Virus record (IMG/VR): IMGVR_UViG_3300007734_000759
Location: 87,154 to 151,153 of that record
Source: a virus
Strand: one strand, 5' to 3'
Length of the DNA stretch: 64,000 nt
The translations under genes were made by a program, and so were the position numbers. Shown piece after piece: positions 42,257 through 53,235 of this stretch. The notes beneath the pieces are model-generated. The model was not told the origin of the DNA, did no database searches, and worked only from the letters and a program-made list of their open reading frames with translations. The first letter of the stretch is position 1; every line of letters begins with the position of its first letter.

Positions 42257-45200
42257 ATGGCTAAGCAGAATAAGAAAAAACTTCCTAAGGATAAACGACT
42301 ACAAAGGAAACTTGAGATGGTACGTAAAGACTATGAAGGACAAAAAAGTGCTACACTGGAGATGCTAGCCAATAAGATGCTCAAGCAGGATGAGAAGATG
42401 GAACGCCTGGCCGAAAAAAGAATACCAGGAGATTTTTTAGATTTATTTTAATATGGATAAGATATTCAAGGTTGCGACAATGTCTGAGTTTGAAATGATG
42501 ATTGCTGCTAAAGATTTTTCAATAGCGCAATGTATAGTGGAAACTGTACTAGCAAACTTAAACACAAAGAAGAAAAGACTACATGCATTCTCTGTTGAAT
42601 GTATGGATAAGGGGGTGACTCTGGACATTACAATGGAGACCAAGTACTTTGTTCAAACACTACAAGAAAACCTCAAACACTACATTAGAGAAGAGAGGTA
42701 TGAAGATTGTATTGAAATAGAGAAAGCAATCAAGACTTTACAGCAGAAGGGGGGCTATTTATGATAAATCTTTTACGTAAATGGCTGCAAAAACTAAAAC
42801 ACAAACCTCAGTTATCTGGAGAGCAAAAGGAAAGGTATCCCGCCCAGGAGTCCATGCAAAAACCAAAACATCAAAGCTCAAATCCTCAAAGAACTACAAA
42901 AAGGCCTACAAAGGTCAAGGTAGATAAATTATTATACGAGGAAGTATTCGGACAAGCAACAGACGAGTATTTAGTAGCACTTGCTATGATGGGCAAGCTT
43001 AGATCATTTTGTTTCTTGATTAACTTAGAAGTAGAACTTCACAACGAGGCGGTAAATGTTAAAAAACTTTAACAACGATTGCATTTCGAATTGATGTTTG
43101 TATCTTTAGGTATGGCAAAGAAACAAGAACTGATAATGAGACAATTCAAGAACGATGACGGAACTGTTGATCGTTACTACTACTCAATTGAAAGACAAGA
43201 AGGTCCTGTAAAGGTGGAGTATAATGTGAAGGCAACGGATGAGGTTTTATCCGATGATCCATCCAAAGCATTAGCTCAACAAGTAGCAAAAGCTAACAAA
43301 GGTCTTCCAAGAACTAAACAAAGGTTCATCAATCCTGCAACAGGAACAGATGTATCTTATATTAGAGCGAAGCAATTAGGAATTATTTAATAGAGGTTAT
43401 GAACATTACAGAAACTTACAGACAAGGATTACAACTTGCAAAGCAAAACAAAAAGGATCAAGCAAGAGATTGTTTCGATTCTGTTATTGGATATTTAGGA
43501 AACTTATCACTAACCCAAGGACTCAAATCAACTGATGAGATTGAGAAAGCAACTAAGGATGCTTGGTTGGATCGTTGCTGGGGAGCTTTGGAATCTAATA
43601 AGTTAATGCTATGAAGAGAGGTAATCTAATTAAGACTAAACTTATCTGGGACTTTAACTCAGCTAATGCCTGCTATGTACAAGTTAAGAGCGGGTTATGG
43701 GCTCAGGTTACCCCAAACGAGTTTAGATCTTTTGATGGACCAAGAAAGCTTAGAGGAGTTACTATTGGACCTAATAGAGAGTCAATTCCTTTTGAAAAGG
43801 ATTATGAAGGACCAATCTACGGCTTAGGTACTAACTTTCTTATGGAGGGTACCGACTCAAGACAAGTTCTTCAACATTTATCAAACCATAGGATTGAAGC
43901 AAAGGCAAGACCAGGAGAAAACTTTTAATATAATGAACAAGAAACGCAATACGATCCAGGACCATGAAGATGAGTTGAACGGCTTATCTCCTCGCCACGT
44001 GGCTCAAATTGTACGTAGTAAGATGACTACTAAGATGAAGCCATCAAAGAAAGGTAAGTATGTTCGATCTAAAGATTGGTCTACCGATGATTGAGATTTG
44101 GAAAGAGCATCCTTTTGGGGTGTATGTGCTATGTGGAGTTTTGTTTGCTCTACTGCTAGACGTGTTAAATGAAATGATGGGAAGTCCTGAGGAGTTTGAT
44201 TGGGGTCATAGAGCTGCCATAGTTGCATTATGGCCTATATTTGTTATCGTATTTATAGTTGGTTTATTTAGGAACTAATATATATTTATATATAAAAAAT
44301 GATTAACACTTCCCTAATCGTTGAGTTGCTCGATGAACAGTTAACTAAAGGAGCAGTTTACACTCGACTTAAAGGAGCAATGGTCTCCAAGGCCCAAGCT
44401 CAAAAATGCATACAGCAGGCTTACTTACAAGGAATGTTAGAGATGTATGATAAGATGACAAAAGGGGAAGACATCTCAGATTTATTTCAACATTACGTAC
44501 CGAAGGAGCGATTTGTTAAAATTTCTTAACGAAGTTGTTTAATTGAAATGTTGTGCGTATCTTTAGATATAAATCAAAAAGTTATGACAAAGCAACAAAT
44601 CAATCTACGAAACAAAGTAATGACTACACGTAATAAATGTACAGGTGAAGTTTTATTTAGGGAAGGTAACATCTACAAGAAATATTTATTTAAGAAAGGA
44701 GTTCAAGACCTTCGCTTTGCTGACTATCTAGTAGTTGAGCATGTTGATGGTAATGTACTAAGTCTAACTAAATTACGATAATGAAAAAATTTATCTACGA
44801 AAATAGATACCACGACAGGATCGTATTCCAACAAGTACAGGAGAATGTTTGGCATATGTCTGGATTTAATCCTCATTGGTGTAGGCATGGATGGCCTAAC
44901 GACTACACAGTAGCGTATGCTGCTTACTGTACTGATGAAGATGATCCAATGCCCATTGAAGAGTTTGAGAAAGAAGTTACTAAGTGGTACGGATCAGATA
45001 AGACAGAGATTGCTGAGAAGTATGGCCAGATGGTAACATCAGATAAATCAAAGATCAGTATGTTTGATCCATCAGGTGGACCTTATATGGAGGTAGGACA
45101 GTACTGGAAAGAATTAGGAGGAGTCGTTACTGACATTAACATAACTGTAGAAGGACTTCCTGGAGTAGTAGAATTAACAATACAACCTAAAGATGAAGGA

Positions 45201-45390
45201 GTTACTAAATAAACCATACGACTTGATTGCTTTCTTGGAAGTAGCAAAGTTGAGAAGTTACAAGTGGATGAAACAAAATCCTGAAGTAATCCGTAGATAT
45301 ACTCGACGGTATTATAGAATGGACTTTGATGCAACAGCCTTAGTTAATAGAATAAAAAGTTATAAAAAGCACCTCAAGAATTTAAAATGA
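42257..45390 (+). CDS. Run of about 12 short hypothetical early-type ORFs (incl. 42453 with UVR-like motif, 43112, 43399, 43611, 44299, 44584, 44781, 45193)
   Basis: Tightly packed + strand ORFs behind cassette promoters at 43101 and 44558. Confidence 0.55.
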
Positions 45391-45511
45391 ATGAAGTTAT
45401 GCACGTGTTAGGAGTATGTCCTGATGCAGTCTCACATATCGATGTTATTGATTTATTAACAACAAACCAGACAGTTCTAATACAAATCCTTAATTGGTTT
45501 ACTAAAAAGTA

Positions 45512-45925
45512 ATGCAACTGGTCTCTACACATATTGCAATGACCAAAGACATGGGGGTGCATGGTAATCTATTCGGAGGTAAGATGCTAGCTGCCTTAGA
45601 TGAAGCAGTGGCAAGCTTTGCTACAATGTACTGCCGTACTCCCAATATGGTTACTTTAAAGATTGATGAGATGGTCTTCAAAGAAGCAGTTAAGGTCAAC
45701 AACCAAGTTAGGATCTATTGTGATGTAGTAGACGTAGGTACAACCAGCATCAGAATTAAAGCAGAGGCAAGAAAAGTATCATACTACACAGAACAGGAAC
45801 GAGTAGTATGTTCAACTATATTTACATTTGTACGGATTGATGAAGACGGACACCCAGTACCAATTGCTGAGCATGTTCGTAAAAAGTTCGCAACCGACCA
45901 ACCAATTCCAGAATCTAAAATTTAA
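45512..45925 (+). CDS. Acyl-CoA thioesterase (hotdog fold, YciA-like)
   Basis: HGNLFGG..L..LDE, F..AVKV, VGTTSI, FTFV.ID..G.P. Confidence 0.85.
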   Translation: MQLVSTHIAMTKDMGVHGNLFGGKMLAALDEAVASFATMYCRTPNMVTLKIDEMVFKEAVKVNNQVRIYCDVVDVGTTSIRIKAEARKVSYYTEQERVVCSTIFTFVRIDEDGHPVPIAEHVRKKFATDQPIPESKI

Positions 45926-45929
45926 AAAT

Positions 45930-48900
45930 ATGATAGTACTTAAAGCAATGTTTGTAGGCATGTTTATCCTAATACTTATTTTAGGATGGGTAGTTGTAAT
46001 TGCAGTCGAAAAAGTTCAGAAGAAGACGTACGACGAACCTGAATCATCTCACACAGAAAATTTTGCAACCAACTACGAAGACGCTCCGGAAGTCTTAGCA
46101 GGATCTGAAATGCCTAAGGAGATGGTCGATGAGATGGTTGAGAAACCAAAAAGAGGACGACCACGTAAAAGTTCTTAACAAATCTTAAAATCAATTCAAG
46201 GAGTTTGCTAAATGCAAACTCTTTTTGTATCTTTAAGTATTGAAAGAAAAACAAAATAAGTTATGAAAGCAACTGACATGGTGTTACACCTACCACAACA
46301 AGTTCAAGGGAACATTAATATTAACCACTTAGATGATACGTACACAGTACGGTTTACTAAAAGTGAATATGAGGGTATTGTTATCGAACTTGTCAACAAA
46401 GAGCTTCACTTCTCCAGAGAGCTTGGTGCTTTGAAAGATGGACGATGGAGTTACATTACCCAAGAAAGATTCCAAGAGTTGTGGACTATTATGAAGTCTC
46501 ATAAGAAGGCACATTCAATGCTCAAGAAGTTCATTCGTATGGATATCTATGCATCAGTTAACAAACAGATCAGTTGCGGACGTAGACGTTTCAACATTGC
46601 AGTTACTCGTATGTTCTATAAATTAACCAAGTAAGATGTTAGCACTAAGTAAAAACAATCTACTTGCAGATGGATCAGAGAGTGCAGTGTTTAAGAACCC
46701 TGACGACCCTTCTACCGTTATTGCAATCTCTTCCTGTGCTTGGTATGAGATGAGACATAGTGAGTATGATTCAGATAACTACGAACCTATTACAGATGAG
46801 TGTCCTAAGTATCAAACCTTTCAAAAGTATCCTGACCTATTTCCAAAAGTGTATCAGGTAACTAAAGAGTGGGTAACTCTTGAGAGATTGGATAGTGAGA
46901 AAGCTCGAGTAGAGCTTGAAGACATTAGTACCATCCTCGATACTAGCATATCGTACACCATTAACAACTACAAGCAGGTGAAAGCACTTGGGAAGTGGAA
47001 CAATACTCAAAAGATCGCTTTAGAGGCGTTGAAACCTTATGCCGACATCGTTGATCAACTCCGTAAGAGATTAACGCGTAGCGACTTGAAAAAGCTGGTT
47101 AGAATGGATAAAATGTTTGACATTCACGAAGAGAACTGGGGATATGATTGTAATGGAACTTTAAAACTATTAGACCTGTGATCTGGACTATTATATTAAC
47201 AATTATTGTATGGGAACTATTAAAGAAACTATTTTGGATCTTGGTGAACCGATCCGCAGACTGATCAACAACATTAGGATGTCCTGGCGATGGGCTAAGC
47301 TCGGTTGGAATGATCGAGACTTTGATTTCATCTACATCTATAAGGTAATGAAGTTCAAGATTGACAACATGGAGAAGGCATTTATCAAATACGGATACCA
47401 TGCTGAACCGGAGTACAATCTATCAAGGATGAGACTAGCTTCTAAGTTAATTGAGAAGGTCTCAACTGAGTTCTATGAGATGGAGTATTGGGATTACATA
47501 TACGACAAGGACTTCAATAGGATTGACAACATAGACCTTTACCTGGCAGCAAATAAACACAACTACAGAAGATGTGATAAGATTTTCAGTTCAAGGGATG
47601 GATTATCCAATTTCAAAACTAGAAACTTCAAAGAAGCTTGTGCTATGGACATTGGACATTACAAGCAAGCAAAAGCAAAACGAATCTTATTCAAACTCCT
47701 AGAGCACCGTTTGGAATGGTGGTGGGATTGATTTGTTAAAAAATCTTAACACATTTGCAAAACAGAAATACATAACGTATCTTTATATTATGACAAAGGA
47801 AGCATTTATCGATTTGATCGAGCGGATGAAAGCAACAGCCGAAACGATCAACCAAGCATATCAGTTGAAAATTGATCTCGTTGAGTTTAGCGACTCATGG
47901 GAGCAGATCATCACAATACTACTAAAAGAACTATTTACCAAAGAAGGTTACGAATGGATCAGTTGGTGGGCGTACGAAGATGGCAGGAAGGCTTGGGAGA
48001 AGGACGGCACAGACATTCCAATGGATACAGCAGAGGACCTATACAACTATCTGAAGAAGGAAGGGTATTTGAAATGACAGAAGAGCAACTACAAAAACTA
48101 TTAAAGTTTCTCCAGGAAAGAAAACAATTCCATTCCGCAGTAGGAACAGTAACAAAGGACCCTTCGTTCCATGCTGGAGCAGTAACAGAATTGCTTGGAG
48201 TAGAAGAACATATTTACAAATTACTAAATCAATAAAGTTATGAAAACTAGAGAACAACTTATCAGTGAGATTGTTGAGAACTTTGATTGGGAGAGGACTC
48301 ACAAAGCAATGTCACTTCTCAAGTGGCAGTGGGCTAATACGATAACAGATGATGGAGTTCCAACTATTGGAAACTTAATGGTAACAGCTATGAAGTTGCT
48401 TCAAGATGCTTATGATGGTGCTATGAAAGAGAAAAAGACTTACCATGCATGTACAGGAGGGTTTGAAGCAGTGGCTCATGTTGATGAGGATGAGTTGTGG
48501 AATTTAGAACTTCAATTTGTATTAGCTAGTTGGGACGTAGAAGTTAATGAACAAAGTTATGACTAAAGAAACATATTCAATACCCATTTATGAAAATGGG
48601 GTAAAGACAGAGTGGACTGTTGATGGTGTAGTTGGAGATGAGAAATACCAACAATTGATAGAAATATCACCTGAAGGTAAATTACCTATTATAATTAATA
48701 CAACAACGAAACAATAGAAAGTTATGTCTAAAGAAGAAATACTAAAAGAACTGCTGAACATTTACAAGATCCAAGCAATTGATTTATCAATAATATATAA
48801 GATTGAATTTGGTGATGATGTCCTTGCTGAGATTAATCGTCTACAAAATATGTTGATGGAGATGGAAGAACAAGAGTTGTGGGATGAAACTTTAATGGAT

Positions 48901-48984
48901 GGACTTGAAGATGAACCACCTTATGTGAGTGATGATTTTCAAATTGGTTCTGATGGTGCTTATGAAAATAAAGAAAAAGAATAG
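45930..48984 (+). CDS. Further short hypothetical ORFs (approx. 45930-46178, 46263, 47210, 47790, 48074, 48240, 48724)
   Basis: + strand ORFs after promoters at 46228 and 47778. Confidence 0.5.
46636..47181 (+). CDS. Protein-kinase-like fold protein
   Basis: DGSESAVF glycine loop, ERL hinge, DIHEENWG catalytic loop, LKLLDL. Confidence 0.55.
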   Translation: MLALSKNNLLADGSESAVFKNPDDPSTVIAISSCAWYEMRHSEYDSDNYEPITDECPKYQTFQKYPDLFPKVYQVTKEWVTLERLDSEKARVELEDISTILDTSISYTINNYKQVKALGKWNNTQKIALEALKPYADIVDQLRKRLTRSDLKKLVRMDKMFDIHEENWGYDCNGTLKLLDL

Positions 48985-49066
48985 ACCCTAATGTATTTGA
49001 AATTGGATATGAATAAAGTACAAATCTTTTCTAAAAACTCAACATATTTATTATAAAATTATTAAA

Positions 49067-49546
49067 ATGAAAGATATTATTAGAATGAATCAATTAGCTG
49101 GTCTTATTACTGAAGGCCAAGCTCGTAAAATGATGGAAATTTTAAATGAAGATAATTTAGAAGTAAAATCAATTGCTAAACAAATATATTCTTGGTTAAA
49201 ACAAAATGATGTAAATACTAAATTAGTAGCTCAAACCCCTAGTGCTGATTATGGCAAACAAATTGGCGCTTCTTTAAAAGGAGGAAGCAACGAAGCTCTT
49301 ATATCCTATTATGATGATCCCAAAACAAAACAAACAGTAATACAGATCCAATTGTATGGAGGAGCCACATCTAAAGATTTAGTTTTACAGGTAGAAAAAA
49401 AATTATTATCAGCCTATCCAAAACTTGAACAATATGATAGACAAGAAATCCCAACTCAAACATTCTTTCAATTGAATTTTAAAGTTAAAGAAAAAACAAC
49501 TGCAAAAGGTGGATTAGCTGGTAATACTCAAACTAATAAATCTTAA
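49067..49546 (+). CDS. Leader-bearing protein (RMNQLAGLITEG...ILNE)
   Basis: Variant of the RMQKLAG leader; TATTTAT at 49045. Confidence 0.7.
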   Translation: MKDIIRMNQLAGLITEGQARKMMEILNEDNLEVKSIAKQIYSWLKQNDVNTKLVAQTPSADYGKQIGASLKGGSNEALISYYDDPKTKQTVIQIQLYGGATSKDLVLQVEKKLLSAYPKLEQYDRQEIPTQTFFQLNFKVKEKTTAKGGLAGNTQTNKS

Positions 49547-49576
49547 ATTATATATTTAAAAAATAAAATTATTAAG

Positions 49577-49900
49577 ATGAAAGTATCAGAACTAAGACAA
49601 ATCATCAAAGAAGAAATCTCTAAAGTATTGAATGAAGAAAAAATTCCTTTTTTTACTTATCAAGATGTATTAAAACCATTCGGAATAGATAAACCCAAAG
49701 CCGACCAGATGGCTGATTTAAAAGTAGGATTAGATTATGTAATACCTAAAAAACACTATTCTGATATGAAGGATATAAGACAACATTTAGGTAAAGTTAA
49801 AAGTATAGAAGGAGATAAGGTAACTATAGAAAGAAGAGATGGGAAAGACTACACCAACAAAATCTCAGATTTAATTCATATAATTAATTTTGGCAGTTAA
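49577..49900 (+). CDS. Leader-bearing protein (LRQIIKEEISKVLNE) with an SH3/KOW-like C-terminus
   Basis: Leader shared with 4560; LKVG...GKVKSIEGDKVTIE. Confidence 0.65.
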   Translation: MKVSELRQIIKEEISKVLNEEKIPFFTYQDVLKPFGIDKPKADQMADLKVGLDYVIPKKHYSDMKDIRQHLGKVKSIEGDKVTIERRDGKDYTNKISDLIHIINFGS

Positions 49901-49913
49901 AATTATTTAAAAT

Positions 49914-49939
49914 AAAGCTTGGATTTCCAAGCTTTTTTT
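49914..49939 (+). terminator. Intrinsic terminator
   Basis: AAAGCTTGG-attt-CCAAGCTTT plus T-run. Confidence 0.8.
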
Positions 49940-49970
49940 CTTATGTTATGTTATAGTAAAAAGTAAAGTT

Positions 49971-51047
49971 ATGAATAAACTAGATACAGACTACCAAAAC
50001 CTACTCCAAGACATTCTTGACAACGGAGTAGAAAAGAAAGACCGAACAGGTACAGGAACCATCTCAGTATTCGGAAGACAGATTCGTCATAAGATGTCAG
50101 ATGGGTTTCCATTACTCACCACAAAGAAGATGGCTTGGAAGACGATGGTGACTGAGTTACTTTGGTTTTTAAGAGGTGATACAAACATCAAATACTTGGT
50201 TGATAATAGTTGTCATATTTGGGATGGAGATGCCTTTGCTAACTATTATAGGAATTTTGAAAAGTATTTGAATACCTTACCTGAAGGTAGTGAAGTGGAA
50301 TTTATTATTAACAAAGATAAGTTCATCAACAAAATAAAAGAAGATAAACAAATTGAACATTCACCATTTACATTTGCTAAGAAGTGGGGTGAGTTAGGTC
50401 CCGTGTATGGTAAGCAATGGAGAAATTGGAAAACATTCTTTACTCAAAAACAAGGTGTAGACCAAATCCAAAACCTAATCAACGATCTCAAAACAAACCC
50501 AGACTCAAGACGACTAATGGTTTCAGCTTGGAATGTAGGTGAATTAGACCAAATGGTTTTACCTCCTTGTCATTATGGATTTCAAGTTTATACAAGAGAG
50601 TTGAGTTTGGATGAGAGATTAGACCTTATGCGAAAAAGAACCAGAGATGGTACAGTTGATTATGATAACAGACATCATAGTTTTTTAGACTTCCATAATG
50701 TCCCTAAACGAGCAATCTCTCTAATGTGGAATCAACGTTCAGTAGATACATTCTTGGGTTTACCATTCAACATTGCTTCTTATGGGTTACTACTTGAAAT
50801 TATTGCTAAAGCAGTTAATATGGTACCTGATGAACTGATTGGTAACTTAGGTGATGTCCACCTTTACAGTAACCACATTGAACAAGCAAAGGAACAGATT
50901 AGTAGAGAACCTTATCCATTACCTACGTTGAAAATAAAAGATGGATTTGACATAGTATCTGGTTTAGATGATATGTATGAAATAGATTCATTTTTATTAG
51001 AAAACTATCAATCACACCCAACAATTAAAGCCAAACTCTCAAATTAA
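49971..51047 (+). CDS. thyA: Thymidylate synthase
   Basis: DRTGTGT, ELLWFL, GPVYGKQWR, LPPCH, QRSVD..LGLPFNIASY, HLYSNH. Confidence 0.97.
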   Translation: MNKLDTDYQNLLQDILDNGVEKKDRTGTGTISVFGRQIRHKMSDGFPLLTTKKMAWKTMVTELLWFLRGDTNIKYLVDNSCHIWDGDAFANYYRNFEKYLNTLPEGSEVEFIINKDKFINKIKEDKQIEHSPFTFAKKWGELGPVYGKQWRNWKTFFTQKQGVDQIQNLINDLKTNPDSRRLMVSAWNVGELDQMVLPPCHYGFQVYTRELSLDERLDLMRKRTRDGTVDYDNRHHSFLDFHNVPKRAISLMWNQRSVDTFLGLPFNIASYGLLLEIIAKAVNMVPDELIGNLGDVHLYSNHIEQAKEQISREPYPLPTLKIKDGFDIVSGLDDMYEIDSFLLENYQSHPTIKAKLSN

Positions 51048-51210
51048 GTTATGAAAATAAGAATCGATGAGGTCCTATATCAAACCTACCTACTACCTTA
51101 CATCAAGGTAACCTACTCAACAATACTTAACGGTAACAGAGAATTTATACTTGGTTGGTTGAGGTGGCAGTTGGTTGTGATTGTTTGATATTTATTAATA
51201 AAAGGTAAAC

Positions 51211-51669
51211 ATGAAAAAATTATTAACCTTAGTATTTTTACTAATTGGATTAGTAGGTTTTACCCAAACTAATTCACACCAACAAATGACCGGTACCATT
51301 CATACAACAGGTCTAAACTTTATTCCATCCAACAATGATATTCAAATCTTACTCTATGAAGTAGATACATTTGGAGTAGCAAGACCATACGTGTTAGGAA
51401 ACTACACAACAGCATTACAGAACAATAGATATGTAATTTCATTTATACTTCCACCTACCAACCCAGTAGTTGTTTATGTTAAACTTTTACCAGGTAGTAG
51501 ATTGTATGGTAAGTATGTTAGTACATTTGGTAGATCATCTACAAGTATTAATTCTGCTACTCGAGTGATTATTCCTTACACTCCACCTGGAACAACAGCT
51601 ACAGCTAATTGCGATGTGTATATGATTCCTGATATTAGTTGGAGATCAAATTTAAGACACTCAGAATAA
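51211..51669 (+). CDS. Secreted protein with a Sec signal peptide
   Basis: MKKLLTLVFLLIGLVGFT-Q; beta-rich mature part; TATTTAT at 51189. Confidence 0.65.
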   Translation: MKKLLTLVFLLIGLVGFTQTNSHQQMTGTIHTTGLNFIPSNNDIQILLYEVDTFGVARPYVLGNYTTALQNNRYVISFILPPTNPVVVYVKLLPGSRLYGKYVSTFGRSSTSINSATRVIIPYTPPGTTATANCDVYMIPDISWRSNLRHSE

Positions 51670-51738
51670 TTTCTTAACAAATCTTAAAATTTTAAATTGA
51701 GTTTGGCTTTTGTCAAACTCTTTTCGTATCTTTATGAT

Positions 51739-52398
51739 ATGAAAATTGAAATAGGTTACGGAATAGCAAGAAGGTTATGGTTTACAAGTGACACTCACTT
51801 TGAACACAGTAACATCTGTAGAGCTACTACTAAGTGGGAAGGTGCAGATAATGTTACAAGAGATTTCAAATCTCTAGACCACATGAACGATACTTTGGTC
51901 AATAACATTAACGAAGTAGTAGGTGAGGATGATATTCTTATCCACTTAGGTGATTGGTCATTTGGAGGATTTGAGAACATTAAATTGTTTAGAAACAGGA
52001 TCAACTGTAAGAATGTTCACTTGGTGTTTGGTAATCACGATCACCACATCCGTAGGGATAAGGGAGGAGTACAATCATTATTTTCTTCTACTCAGGATTA
52101 TTTGATGGTGGATCTACGAGTACATAAACCAGGTAAGGTTGTTGATAGACATACTTTAATTTGTATGCACTATCCGCTGATTTCTTGGGATGGAATGAAT
52201 GATGGTACTGTACATCTGTTCGGCCATGTGCATCTACCTAAGGAGCTAAGACTTTTAGAGGGTAAAGCAATTGATGTAGGAGTTGATGGAAACAAATACT
52301 ATCCCATTGAGGTAACAGAGGTACTGAACATCGTAAAGAACCAGCCGATAAAAAGATCAACAATACCCAGAGACCACCACGAAAAAAGGTTAGTCTAA
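51739..52398 (+). CDS. Calcineurin-like metallophosphoesterase
   Basis: TSDTHF.H, HLGD, GNHD, MHYP, FGHVH, DVGVD. Confidence 0.9.
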   Translation: MKIEIGYGIARRLWFTSDTHFEHSNICRATTKWEGADNVTRDFKSLDHMNDTLVNNINEVVGEDDILIHLGDWSFGGFENIKLFRNRINCKNVHLVFGNHDHHIRRDKGGVQSLFSSTQDYLMVDLRVHKPGKVVDRHTLICMHYPLISWDGMNDGTVHLFGHVHLPKELRLLEGKAIDVGVDGNKYYPIEVTEVLNIVKNQPIKRSTIPRDHHEKRLV

Positions 52399-52416
52399 CA
52401 CATTCCTAGACTATTT

Positions 52417-52512
52417 ATACGAGTAGGGTCGCAGCTACTTGTATTGAATAAAAACTTAAAAACCTTAGATGAGTAGGAGACTGCGACCTCCGAAAGTCTA
52501 AGGTTTCTTTTT
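52417..52512 (+). ncRNA. Structured 5' leader RNA: two hairpins with complementary loops and a loop-E motif
   Basis: Stems 52417-26/52435-44, 52460-69/52497-506 and 52476-79/52488-91; loops GTCGCAG and CTGCGAC; internal loop GAGUA/GAAA. Confidence 0.7.
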
Positions 52513-53172
52513 ATGGATTATCAAAGAATATACAACCAGTTAATTGAAAGAGCTCGGAGTGAAAATAGAGTCAAAGGTGGAGGAAGCTACTACGAAGCTC
52601 ACCATATAGTTCCTAAATGTATGGGGGGAGGAGGTAAAGGTAGCGAGTGGAAAACTCATCCAAATATCATCCTATTAACTGCAAGGGAACATTTCTTAGC
52701 TCATCAACTACTTTGCAACCTTTACCCTACTGAATTAAAACTTTCCCATGCCTTGTGGTTTTTCTTAAATGCTAAAAGAAGAAACGGAAACACAATAACG
52801 AGGGTAACATCTAGACAGTACAAAGAAGCTAGGGAGCAACACGCCTTAGCAGCATCCAAACAGCGAAAAGGTAAACCCCGATCTCAGCAGACAAGAGACT
52901 TACTCTCGAAAGTGAACACAGGTAAAAAGTTATCTGATGAAGTTAGACAGAAAATATCAAGATCCAATAAGAGCAGTGTTGTAAAGCAGAGAGCAACTTT
53001 TCTAATGAAGAAACCAATCTCCCAATACACAGTAGATGGCGTCTGGATGAGAGATTGGGATAGTGTGCAGGATGTGAAGAGAACCTTAGGAATAACAAGC
53101 GTGTTGGATAATCTTAAAGGTAGGCAGAAGACAGCCGGAGGTTATGTTTGGAAATATCTTAACAAATCTTAA
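52513..53172 (+). mobile_element. HNH homing endonuclease with NUMOD3/NUMOD1-like repeats
   Basis: EAHHIVPKCMGG...N...LTAREHFLAH.LL; GKKLSDEVRQKIS; KPISQY...KTAGGYVW. Confidence 0.85.
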
Positions 53173-53235
53173 AATTTGAAACGATGTTTTGTAAATCAAA
53201 AATCATTTCTTATCTTTAAGTATTGAATGAGAGTT

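Noticed and set aside
52464-52500. Hammerhead ribozyme (GATGAG...GAAA)
   Set aside because: The core CUGAUGA is not present (TAGATGA) and no three-way junction forms; a loop-E hairpin fits better
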